Assembly: GCA_964410585.1 (NCBI GenBank)
Contig: CAYPFW010000001.1
Coordinates: forward strand, 256,001 to 320,000
From: an uncultured archaeon
GTDB taxonomy: Archaea > Aenigmatarchaeota > Aenigmatarchaeia > QMZP01 > JACQNV01
Direction of reading: 5' to 3'
DNA length: 64,000 nucleotides
Part shown: piece by piece, positions 19,081 to 28,700 of the stretch
Position numbering within the stretch: position 1 is the stretch's first letter
Layout of the letters: every line of letters begins with the position of its first letter
Notes under the pieces: model-generated
Databases searched by the model: none
Seen by the model: only the letters and a program-made list of their open reading frames with translations
Told to the model about the DNA's origin: nothing
Made by a program: the position numbers and the translations under genes

Positions 19081-20037
19081 ATGAACAAAAAATTCGTCGT
19101 AATAGGTGGAGGAACAGGATCATTCACTTTGCTAAAAGGACTCAAGAAATATACAGACCAAATAACCGCTGTTGTGAGCATGTTTGATTCTGGTGGATCA
19201 ACAGGAAAGCTTAGAGACGAGTTTGGTATCCTCCCTCCAGGAGATGTAAGGAGGTGCCTTGTTGCGCTTTCTGCAGACGAAGATGGGACAATAAGAAAGC
19301 TTTTTGACTACAGATTTGACAAAGATGGATCTTTGAATGGACACTCGTTCGGTAATCTATTTTTAACAGCACTTACCAAAATCACTGGAAATGAAGTTGA
19401 AGCAATAAAAGAGTGTTCGCACATTTTGAATATCAAAGGAAAGGTTCTTCCAGTAACAATAGATAATTCAACACTTTGCGCAGTTCTTGAAGACGGTAAA
19501 ATAATAAAAGGGGAAACAAACATCGATATACCAAAACACAATGGGAATTTACATATAGATAGCGTGTTTTTAGAACCAGAAGCATATGTTTTTTCAGAAG
19601 TTGTCGATGAAATTTTGGAAGCAGATATTATTGTTATAGGGCCAGGTGACTTGTATACTTCTGTGATACCAAATCTTTTGGTTAAAGGCGTGTCCGAAGC
19701 TATACAACAAAGTAAGGCAAAGAAAGTATATGTTTGTAACTTAATGACAAAGCACGGAGAAACAGATGGATTCAAAGCCTCTGACTTTGTAAAACAAATT
19801 AAAAAATATCTAAAATGCGATTTGGATTTTGTTATTTTAAACAATAAAATTGGTTCAAAAGACCTTGTAAATAAATATTCAAAAGAAAGAGCATATCCTG
19901 TTAAAATAGATCAAGAAAACTTGAAAAGCATTAAAATAGTTTCTAAGGACCTTATCACAGAGCCTGACCTAATTAGGCACAGTTCAGAAAAACTTGCACA
20001 GGAAATTGCAAAAATAGCAGAGGGAAAATATGATTGA
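19081..20037 (+). CDS. yvcK: YvcK/GlmR (CofD-like UPF0052) family protein
   Basis: GGGTG, DSGGSTG.LR, PPGD.RRCL, GHSFGNL, GPGDLYTS and NLMT..GET. Confidence 0.9.
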   Translation: MNKKFVVIGGGTGSFTLLKGLKKYTDQITAVVSMFDSGGSTGKLRDEFGILPPGDVRRCLVALSADEDGTIRKLFDYRFDKDGSLNGHSFGNLFLTALTKITGNEVEAIKECSHILNIKGKVLPVTIDNSTLCAVLEDGKIIKGETNIDIPKHNGNLHIDSVFLEPEAYVFSEVVDEILEADIIVIGPGDLYTSVIPNLLVKGVSEAIQQSKAKKVYVCNLMTKHGETDGFKASDFVKQIKKYLKCDLDFVILNNKIGSKDLVNKYSKERAYPVKIDQENLKSIKIVSKDLITEPDLIRHSSEKLAQEIAKIAEGKYD

Positions 20038-21214
20038 AATAGCGGCTGTTATCTTGGCTGCAGGGAAATCAACTAGAACATATCCACTAACTTTGACAAA
20101 ACCAAAGTCTCTACTTAAAGTTTTGGATAAAACTATACTTGAGCACAACCTAGAACAGCTTGATGGATTAGTAAAAGATGTTATTATTGTTGTCGGCTAT
20201 TTGGGCGACAAAATCAAACAGAAATTAGGAAATAAATTTGGAAACTTGAGTATAAAATATGTAGAACAGAAAGACCAAAACGGCACAGGCGGGGCTGTTT
20301 TGGCTTGCAAAGGGTTTTTGAAAGATAGGTTTTTGGTTTTAAACGGCGACGATTTCTATTCTAAAAAAGATATTGAAAAATGTCTGAAAAATAAGTACTG
20401 TGTTTTAGTCAAAGAAGTTGAAACCCCTCAGAATTTTGGGATAGTTCAACTAAATGGGAAAAAAATAGTTGGATTGGAGGAAAAGCCAGAAAGGCCAAAA
20501 TCTAATTTGGCAAATACAGGATTGTATGTTTTCGACAAGGAAATTTTTGAACATAGTCTCCAAAAAACAAAAAGAGGTGAATACGAAATCACTGATTATA
20601 TAAAATATTTGATAGAAAAGAAGGAGATTATAGCCGAAAAGGTTTCTGAGTATTGGATACCAACTGTATATTCTTGGAACCTTTTGGATGCTTCTGAATT
20701 CTTTTTAGGGAAAATCAAAACCAAAATAGAAGGAAAAATAGATTCAAAAGCATCTATATCTGGTAATGTTTTTGTTGGGAAAAACACAGTAGTAAAAAGC
20801 GGAGTTGTTATTGAAGGCCCTGTTTTCATTGAGGAAAATTGTACAATTGGACCAAACTGCTATATTAGACCAGGAACTGTTATTGGAAATAATTGCAAAA
20901 TTGGAAATGCAGTTGAGGTGAAAAATTCTATTTTAGGAGAAAATGTGAATATAGCACACCTTTCTTACATCGGGGATTCTATTCTTGGAAACAACATAAA
21001 TATAGCAGGTGGAACAATTTTTGCCAACCTAAGATTTGACGAAAAGAACATACACGTAAAAGTTAATGGAAAAATGATCGATACCGGAAGAAAAAAACTG
21101 GGGGCTGTTTTGGGAGACGGTGTTAAAACTGGTACAAATTGTTCTATTATGCCCGGAGTTTTATTGGAACCAAACTCTATTGTTGAACCTGGAATTGTTT
21201 TGAAACCAAAATAA
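20030..21214 (+). CDS. glmU: bifunctional sugar-1-phosphate nucleotidylyltransferase/acetyltransferase (archaeal GlmU)
   Basis: LAAG..TR..PLT...PK domain plus hexapeptide repeats with HLSYIGDS, ANLRFD and GRKKLGA. Confidence 0.9.
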   Translation: MIEIAAVILAAGKSTRTYPLTLTKPKSLLKVLDKTILEHNLEQLDGLVKDVIIVVGYLGDKIKQKLGNKFGNLSIKYVEQKDQNGTGGAVLACKGFLKDRFLVLNGDDFYSKKDIEKCLKNKYCVLVKEVETPQNFGIVQLNGKKIVGLEEKPERPKSNLANTGLYVFDKEIFEHSLQKTKRGEYEITDYIKYLIEKKEIIAEKVSEYWIPTVYSWNLLDASEFFLGKIKTKIEGKIDSKASISGNVFVGKNTVVKSGVVIEGPVFIEENCTIGPNCYIRPGTVIGNNCKIGNAVEVKNSILGENVNIAHLSYIGDSILGNNINIAGGTIFANLRFDEKNIHVKVNGKMIDTGRKKLGAVLGDGVKTGTNCSIMPGVLLEPNSIVEPGIVLKPK

Positions 21215-21312
21215 GATGCCTAGAAGATGCGGTTGATAAGATTAGATTATAGTTAAAGTCTCAAAGAACCAAAATTTGCAAACATATAAAAGCCAAGAAC
21301 CAATTAATTTAT

Positions 21313-21726
21313 ATGGCATTAGATATTCCATTTGCAGGCATTATTAATTCTTTAAACCTAGCTAACCCTGTTAGCCTTGGAGTAAACATAATTTTGAGCA
21401 CAATAGTTGGCGGAATTGTTTTCCTGATTGTGGCCGAACTTTTAGCAAAAGGATTTAGGGAAAATATCAAAGTTTACAGGGCTTTCCTGGTTGTTTTGAT
21501 CATAAACATAATAAACATGTTTGGTGTGATTAGCCTTGTTCCACAAATAAGCGTTTTGCCTTCATTTGTTATTCAGGTTTTGATTTGGATAGGTTTGGTA
21601 AAATTGGCATTCAATGGTATGTCGTTTAAACACGCAGTTGTTGTAGGTGTTGTTGGATTTATTGTAAGCATTTTGGTGATCCCTAGTTTAGTCGGGTCTG
21701 TTGCATCTCTTGTTCCTGTGAAATGA
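21313..21726 (+). CDS. small membrane protein
   Basis: About 4 hydrophobic helices; TATA about 25 nt upstream. Confidence 0.75.
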   Translation: MALDIPFAGIINSLNLANPVSLGVNIILSTIVGGIVFLIVAELLAKGFRENIKVYRAFLVVLIINIINMFGVISLVPQISVLPSFVIQVLIWIGLVKLAFNGMSFKHAVVVGVVGFIVSILVIPSLVGSVASLVPVK

Positions 21727-21759
21727 CCCTCAGAATCGTTTCTATTAGCTTCTATCAAA

Positions 21760-23160
21760 TTAACAAATTTCCCCAACTAAATGCGTCTGTTTTGCATCCA
21801 CAATTCTGACATTTGTTTCTAACCCAAAAAGGTTTTTTTCTGATTTTATTAGAACAGCCTTGTAGGCAAAATTTCTCCCAATAAAAGATTTTTCGCCACC
21901 TATTTGGATAATGGTTTCTTTTGGATAATTTGCCATTTCACTTTTTCCTATATCATTTTCTTTTTGATACTGTAAACCTTCTATCTTTTTGTAGATTTTT
22001 TGATCAGACCTTTTACTAAAAATGTTGCGACTTACTTCGTTTATGAAAATTTTCCCAGACCACCCAATCCATTTTTTGTTGTTTTCCAAAGCTATTTTTG
22101 CAGCAAGTTCTGAACACTTCACTGATCTTTTTTTAACTTCCTGATTATTTAGTTGTTCCATTTCAGCTGCTTTTGTTCCAGGCCTTTTTCCAAACCTGGA
22201 TATGTTGACGTTGTCTGGCTTTACCTCTTTTATCAATTCTAGTGTCTGTTTAAAATCGTCTTCTGTTTCAGAAGGAAAACCTACAATTATGTCTGTTGAA
22301 ACTGTTGTTTGGGGAATTTCTTTTCTAAAAGCCTTGAGTATATTTAAAAACCTTTCTACTTTGTACCCTCTTTTCATTTCTTTCAAAACAAGATCTGAAC
22401 CAGATTGAACAGGTATATGTAGGAATTTGTAAATTTTTGGGTTTTTGTATGACTGTATCAAATCATCCAAAAACTTGTGCAAGTATACAGGATTTGACAT
22501 TCCATTTCTAAGGTAAAAATCAGCGTCTATTTTGCAGATTTCGTTCAATAAATCAGGAAGCCTTTTGCTTCCATCAATATAGGCGCCATTATCTTGAGAC
22601 GTCAGCAAAATTTCTTTTGATCCAGACTTGATCAAATTACTCACACCTCTAACAATTTCTTCAACTGAAAAGCAGGATAGGTCGCCTCTGCTTATTGTTG
22701 TTGAACAATATGTACAAGACAAGTCGCATCCCTCACTAATTTGAACAATCCCTGTCAAACCAAACGATTTTGCAAACGAGGGCTTGGAAAAAACCTCGTC
22801 TGAAAATTCTATTGGCTTTTTCCCAGAATCTATTTTTTGGAAAATTTCAGGAAGTTTGTTTACTGATCTTGTATCTAAAATTGCAGAATAATTTGGTACG
22901 TCTTTTTTTATTCTCTCCAAGCTTGATTTTGGCAGACAACCACCTATCACAATTTTCTTCCCAGATTTTGAAAGCTTTTGGAGCCTGTTTATTATTTTTT
23001 CTTCTGTTGTTTGTTTAACTCCACAAGTGTTCACAATAACAAAATCAGATTCCTTCAAACCTGTTTTTTTGTGGCCTTCTTTTTCTAAAAAAACCTGCAT
23101 TAATTCTGAATCGGCTTTGTTAGCTGTACAGCCATAGGTGATTAAATGATATTTTTTCAT
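21760..23160 (-). CDS. MiaB-like/MtaB tRNA methylthiotransferase (radical SAM plus TRAM)
   Basis: TYGCTAN, VNTCGVK, GGCL, CDLSCTYC and TDIIVGFP; start moved to 23160 (MKKYHLI) because the longer extension reads through a repeat element. Confidence 0.9.
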   Translation of the reverse strand: MKKYHLITYGCTANKADSELMQVFLEKEGHKKTGLKESDFVIVNTCGVKQTTEEKIINRLQKLSKSGKKIVIGGCLPKSSLERIKKDVPNYSAILDTRSVNKLPEIFQKIDSGKKPIEFSDEVFSKPSFAKSFGLTGIVQISEGCDLSCTYCSTTISRGDLSCFSVEEIVRGVSNLIKSGSKEILLTSQDNGAYIDGSKRLPDLLNEICKIDADFYLRNGMSNPVYLHKFLDDLIQSYKNPKIYKFLHIPVQSGSDLVLKEMKRGYKVERFLNILKAFRKEIPQTTVSTDIIVGFPSETEDDFKQTLELIKEVKPDNVNISRFGKRPGTKAAEMEQLNNQEVKKRSVKCSELAAKIALENNKKWIGWSGKIFINEVSRNIFSKRSDQKIYKKIEGLQYQKENDIGKSEMANYPKETIIQIGGEKSFIGRNFAYKAVLIKSEKNLFGLETNVRIVDAKQTHLVGEIC

Positions 23161-23164
23161 AAAG

Positions 23165-23229
23165 TATGTATATCGTTTTCTTTCTGGGTTATAAGGCTCT
23201 TTCTTTTTTGAAAAGAAAGAGGGTATATG
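23165..23229 (+). repeat. intergenic repeat module B
   Basis: gtatatcgttttctttctGGGTTATAAGGC-tctttcttt..aaagaaaga-GGGTATATG; near-identical to the copies at 44286-44346 and 59131-59191. Confidence 0.75.
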
Positions 23230-23356
23230 TGCAACCATAGGTTAGTAGATGATATTTTGACATAACTAAGTTAAAGGCGATAAGTTTTTATAGCTTGCTG
23301 TTTTTATTCCTTGGGTTTAAATTGCTTTCTTTTAAATCTTAAACAAGGCTAAATGG

Positions 23357-24109
23357 ATGTTTATGTCAAAAAAACACAAGCATAAAACACCCTCAGAAAG
23401 ATTTAGAGAACCCAGTAGAGTTTTGTATAGTCCTAGCTGGGTTGTTGAGCTTGGAAACTGTCTTTATGTTGCAGACAGGGATGGAGATTTTCCATCAAAA
23501 AGATATGCTCAAATGGCAATAGACGAATTTCAATCATATAGAAACGGTTTCAATCATGATTCAGCCAGAAGAGTTTATTTAGAAAAAATGTTTTTGATAG
23601 CTGAATCAGTTTCTCAAGGAAAAAGAAGGAGAAGAGAAGATTACAAAGCTGATTTTTCAGAGCTTCTTGAGGACAGACGAATAAGAATAGAAGAAGTAAG
23701 AGAAAGAGATAAGAGATATGGACAGTGGCTAGACTCTTGGCTTTCAAAAGCACTTTCGTTTTCAGGTGGATTTTGCTTAACAAAAGTTGCATTTGATGCA
23801 CTTGCAAACTACTATGGATGGGATAAACCAGAGGTTGATCAGATAGGGTGGTTTTTAGCTGTAGGCGCTGCTACTGGATTCCCAGCTTTAGTAAAAGGTT
23901 TTCAGAGTAGAATTTTTTATGGAAGAGTAAAAGGAATAGAGAAGGAAGTTAGAAGCCAAAGGAAAGCCCTTAGGGAAAACTGGACGCGGAGCATACAGGA
24001 AGAATATAGGATGGCCATAGAAAGAGCACAGCTTGCATGGACTGAATCATTTGGAGACTTACCACTTACAGAAAAAAAGCCTGAAAATCATGTTAAAAAG
24101 AAGGCTTAA
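23357..24109 (+). CDS. hypothetical membrane protein with two TM segments
   Basis: 250-aa ORF with two hydrophobic segments between charged helical regions. Confidence 0.65.
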   Translation: MFMSKKHKHKTPSERFREPSRVLYSPSWVVELGNCLYVADRDGDFPSKRYAQMAIDEFQSYRNGFNHDSARRVYLEKMFLIAESVSQGKRRRREDYKADFSELLEDRRIRIEEVRERDKRYGQWLDSWLSKALSFSGGFCLTKVAFDALANYYGWDKPEVDQIGWFLAVGAATGFPALVKGFQSRIFYGRVKGIEKEVRSQRKALRENWTRSIQEEYRMAIERAQLAWTESFGDLPLTEKKPENHVKKKA

Positions 24110-24396
24110 ACTTCTTCCAAGTCCTCTTCTATTTTCTTAACCTTTTCTAGTTTTTCTTTTAACCTTTCAAATTTCTCTTCTAGGCGATCTTTTTCAGAAT
24201 TAAGTCTTGTTTCCCTATTACTCAGCTCAGCGAGTTTGTTCCTAAAATCAACTTCTTTGTCTTGTGTTTGTTTTATTTTCAATTTTGTTTGTGTCAACTG
24301 TTTCTCAGCAGTTGACTTTTCTGACCGTATTTTAGCAAGCTCTCTTTTTATATCACTAAGAGCCTCTTTTATTGCGGCTGCCTCGTGTTTTGCCAT
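24106..24396 (-). CDS. small coiled-coil protein
   Basis: Continuous heptad, E/K-rich pattern. Confidence 0.7.
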   Translation of the reverse strand: MAKHEAAAIKEALSDIKRELAKIRSEKSTAEKQLTQTKLKIKQTQDKEVDFRNKLAELSNRETRLNSEKDRLEEKFERLKEKLEKVKKIEEDLEEV

Positions 24397-24433
24397 ACTA
24401 CTATTTGGGGTAGCCCCTTTTTATATATGCTTG

Positions 24434-25711
24434 CTACCTTAGCTTTTTATCTATCTCCCTCACTATAGACTCTATTCTTTTTCTACCCTTATTATAGGAA
24501 GATTCTGAAATAATCTTCATTTTATATGCCTTCTCAAGGCTTTCTAATTGTTTTTGGAGTTTTTGTCTGGTTTCCTGGGCCCTTTCCAGAGTTTGCTTAT
24601 CCTTGAGGAAATCCTTATATATTTTCTCTGCGTGATCAGATTTCTTTTTCTCGAATCCAGATAATCTTCCATAATTCATGTATAGAAGTATACTAACTAA
24701 AATCACTATAATAATCGAAACCAAAACTTGTAAATTAGATGGAGCATACTGATTTGAAGTTTCTACATCTCCGTCTTTAGATATAGAAAAAAATTCTGCT
24801 GTGGACTCTATAACGACCCCATTTACTTTAACTATAACACCTAGAAGATAATCACCATCTCCTATAAAAGAGGGCAAGCCTATTTTTTTTGTCTTTTTTA
24901 CTTCCCTTTCAACAGACAGTTGTTCTGCTGTTTTAACTATTTCATTATTTTGGAGGTCTTTTACAACATACTCGACTTCTAAATCAAGCTTTGTTTTGTT
25001 TAAGTTTACTATTGTTAGATCGCCTGCTAGCTCTTGTCCCGGCACAAGCTTTCTAAATTTTGTTGATATATCTAAACTTAGGCCAATGTTAGAATTTTCT
25101 ATATTCTGTGTTACAATCACAGGTATTATTTTCTCTTTTTTCCCACCATAAATAGTGATACTGCCAGTTTGAAGATTATTATCAGACGCTAAAATTAGCA
25201 AATCAAAGCTTTTCTGGGAGTTTGGCTCAACCTCAATTTCTGTTGAGAGGGGAGATATAAAATCTGATTTACTTTCTAAAACCGCATACAGCTTGTTTAA
25301 ATTTTGATTTATTATAGAAAATGATTTTGTTAGATTGGTTTTTTGTTTTAAGTTGATCCTAATTATTTGGGGATCTGTTTTGATCTCAGTTATATTGCTG
25401 TTTACCACGGCTTTGAATTTTGTTTGTGTTGTAAACTCTTTATCAGAAGCTATAATAACAATTTCTTTTATTCCTTCGTCTTTTTGACCAGGAACAAATT
25501 TTATAAGCCCCTGTTGTGTGATTTCAAAAAGATCAGAATTATCAGACAATATAACCTCATCACCATCTGAGTCTGTGTGGCCTATAATAAGACTAAATTC
25601 CTTTCCAACTTCAAGTGACTGAGTTTTTACTGTCTCCAAAACAGGCGGAGACCCAGACAGACCAAAGACAGGAACAAGTAGGATAAGTAAGAGTATAATA
25701 GAATATTTCAT
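24434..25711 (-). CDS. membrane-anchored surface protein with Ig-like domains
   Basis: Signal peptide, beta-rich domains, C-terminal TM and basic tail; the membrane-proximal domain is similar to that of the giant protein. Confidence 0.8.
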   Translation of the reverse strand: MKYSIILLLILLVPVFGLSGSPPVLETVKTQSLEVGKEFSLIIGHTDSDGDEVILSDNSDLFEITQQGLIKFVPGQKDEGIKEIVIIASDKEFTTQTKFKAVVNSNITEIKTDPQIIRINLKQKTNLTKSFSIINQNLNKLYAVLESKSDFISPLSTEIEVEPNSQKSFDLLILASDNNLQTGSITIYGGKKEKIIPVIVTQNIENSNIGLSLDISTKFRKLVPGQELAGDLTIVNLNKTKLDLEVEYVVKDLQNNEIVKTAEQLSVEREVKKTKKIGLPSFIGDGDYLLGVIVKVNGVVIESTAEFFSISKDGDVETSNQYAPSNLQVLVSIIIVILVSILLYMNYGRLSGFEKKKSDHAEKIYKDFLKDKQTLERAQETRQKLQKQLESLEKAYKMKIISESSYNKGRKRIESIVREIDKKLR

Positions 25712-25714
25712 AGA

Positions 25715-28700
25715 TTATTTACCTCTTCTCCTTTTTATTTTCTGTAAAAGGCGTTTCCTTTTTTCAGTCTTTGATTTTTCTTGATATTTTGAATATTCTT
25801 TGCTTATTTTTTTCCTGTATTTTCTTTCAACCCTTTTGACTTTTCTTTGAGTATAGCCAACTAGCACCACAACTGCACCAATGACAACTATTATTACATA
25901 AATCAATACATCTGTTTCAGGAAGAGACTGAACAGAATCAACCTTGACATGTATCAATTGGCTCGAAGTTGTTACTGTATCCTGGAAATGGACTTCAGCT
26001 ATGACAACATAATCACCTTCTTTGAAATGTGTTGGTATATAAATTTCTTTTAAGAAGGATATTTGATCCTCGACTGCAAATGTTTCTGTGTCTTCCAACA
26101 GAACTTTATTATCTAAATCCTTTACTTTATACTTTGCAACAACATCAACTTTTTCGAACTCACCAAAATTAATAACTAATATTTGCGACAATATTGTTTT
26201 TCCTGGTTTAACTTCTCTATATTCAGCAGGTATATCAATTTTGACATCAAACAGGACTTTCTTTGTCTCAACCTCAACTATCAAACTGACTGTTTTATTT
26301 ATTTTTGGACTTGATATCAAAAGTTGTCCAGTATAAACACCTGGTTCTGTTTGCTCTGATGTGAAAAGCTTGATGTTTATGTTAGTTGCTTTTCCTGGAT
26401 CTAGGGATATTGAATCTGATTCAAGGGCAGCTAGGTTGTTTGGTAAACCGCTTAGCTGAAGTTTCAAGTCAAGCTTTGTATTACCTGTATTATTTATTGG
26501 GACAATCATTGTTTTATCCTCGCCTTTTTTCACAAAATCTGTGATTGCATCTACTATATCTAGTTTGACAACTGAAGCTACTCCACCACCGCCTCCGCCT
26601 CCTCCTCCCGATCCTCCAGAGGAGCCACCACCTGAACTTCCCCCACCCCCAGAGCCACCTGAGCCTCCTGATCCACCTGTATCTCCCCCTGAAGGTGTAT
26701 TCAGGGCGTATGTTGAGAAACCGGCTGCAACTGCTATAGCATATGTCCTATGTGTTGAATTTGATGAAACGAGGCTAACACAATCTGTCATTTCGGCACA
26801 ATTTTCCCCGTTATCATCACACTTGTACAGCTTATCTCCTGTACCTTCAACTGTTATTGTTACATTGTCAGAAGGCCGCATACCTAATTTTTGGGCTGTT
26901 TCAAGCCATGTTGATGTGTTGAAGCCTGTGAATTTTGTTCCTTGTTGAGGTGATGTGCCTGATAAGAATTGGCCTGTTAAATTTAGGCTTTCTGAGCCTG
27001 CCAAGTTAGCCCGTCCAAATGTGAAACCGCCAACCTGCATCTGCGCATCTCTTACTCTGCTAAACTCTTGTGACCCAGATGTAAAGTTGTATGACTGCAA
27101 TCCAGAACCTGTGTTTATTTTGACACCGTCATATGCAATCCTAAAGTTGTATGTTTGTGCAGATGATTTTGTTGTAAAGTTTAAGCATGATGTTTCATAT
27201 TTCAATCCAGCCTGATCATATCCAATTATTTTGTAATAGTAGCTTGTGTTTGATGCAAGCGAAAGGTTTTGGCTTGAATCTAGTGAGAACTGGTGCCAAA
27301 GGGCATAGTTATCCAAACTACATCCTGGGAAGTCTGGCTCTGTTATTGTCTTGTTTAGAACAGAGCAAGAAGAGTTTGTTCCGTAGAAATACAGAGTTGC
27401 ATTTGTTGGTTCTGTTGCACTGAAAAATATATCAGATGAACCAACATCTGTATTATCTTTGAAGTTTGTTATTTGAGGTGATGTTGTGTCGTTTGTCGAA
27501 TTGTAGGATCCAGAACAAACAGGCCATCTGGAACAATCTATATCAGAACAATCTGATGATCCATCATTATCATTATCTACATTATCTGAACACAAGGTTT
27601 CATACTTGTAGTAGCCTTTGCTGACATCAAATCTAGAATCGCATTTAGATGGATCTTTTGAACAATCTAAAGGTATGAAATTGAAGAAGCCTGTTGAGTT
27701 TGATGTTCCACCAGATCCATATGTGAATGTATTGAAATTTTCCCTACAGAAACCAGCTCCAGAGGATTCCCATATACACCTTCTGGAACTTCCAGTACAT
27801 GCTGATTGAGTTGAACACACTCCACAGAATTGGTCGCAATCCAATGCAGTGAATGAAGGCTTGCACAATTGTGTATCATTTTGCCAAGAGCATTTAGCAG
27901 CTGTACACTGTGTTTGGTTTCCATTATATGAATCGCAATTTGCAAAAGCTTTGTTCAAAACATGACTCAAAGAAATTGAGCCAGATGCAGTGAGGTTGAG
28001 TATTCTTGAGAATTTTGTGTAACCACTTTTTGATATGTTTATTGAGTGGATTGTGTATGTTGTTTTTCCTGAAGATGTTTGAACAAATTCTGTTAATTCT
28101 AACCTAGGTATTGATCCAGAAGAACTTGTAGCAACTGAGGAAACAATATTTCCGAAAGCATCATATACAGTTACATTTGCTCCTGAAACTCCAGGAGGTG
28201 TCGGGGCACCGCAGTCTGTTGCGCATGTAAATGAAGTTTCAGATCCAACACATACACCATTTCCACAATAATTATCACCGCCTGCACAATCTGCTGGACA
28301 ACTACTAGATGTTTCACTTCCTACACAGGCTCCGTTCCCACAAACTTCGCCAGAAGACCATAAACATGATGTCGATGGTTGCTTATTTGTACAGCTTGAT
28401 TGACTACTAATTCCTGCACAGAATGTTGAGTTTGATTGGCAAGCCGATGCTGAGGAATTCCATGCACATGCACCTTGCTGTTGGCCGCAAACAGATTGTA
28501 TTTTTCCAGAACAGAAAGTTGAATTTAAATTACACTGTCCTGAGGCTTGTTGACAATCTGAAGGACAATTTGAATTTGTCTCACCTTGATTGCATACATT
28601 ATTTCCACAATATCCTGCTCCACCACCGCAATCTGCTGGACAACTACTAGATGTTTCACTGTATCCACAGAATCCATTTCCGCATGTTTCTGAGATGTTT

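Noticed and set aside
23161-23238. N-terminal extension of the methylthiotransferase in the ORF track
   Set aside because: It is the reverse reading of a module B repeat; family homology starts at MKKYHLITYGC.
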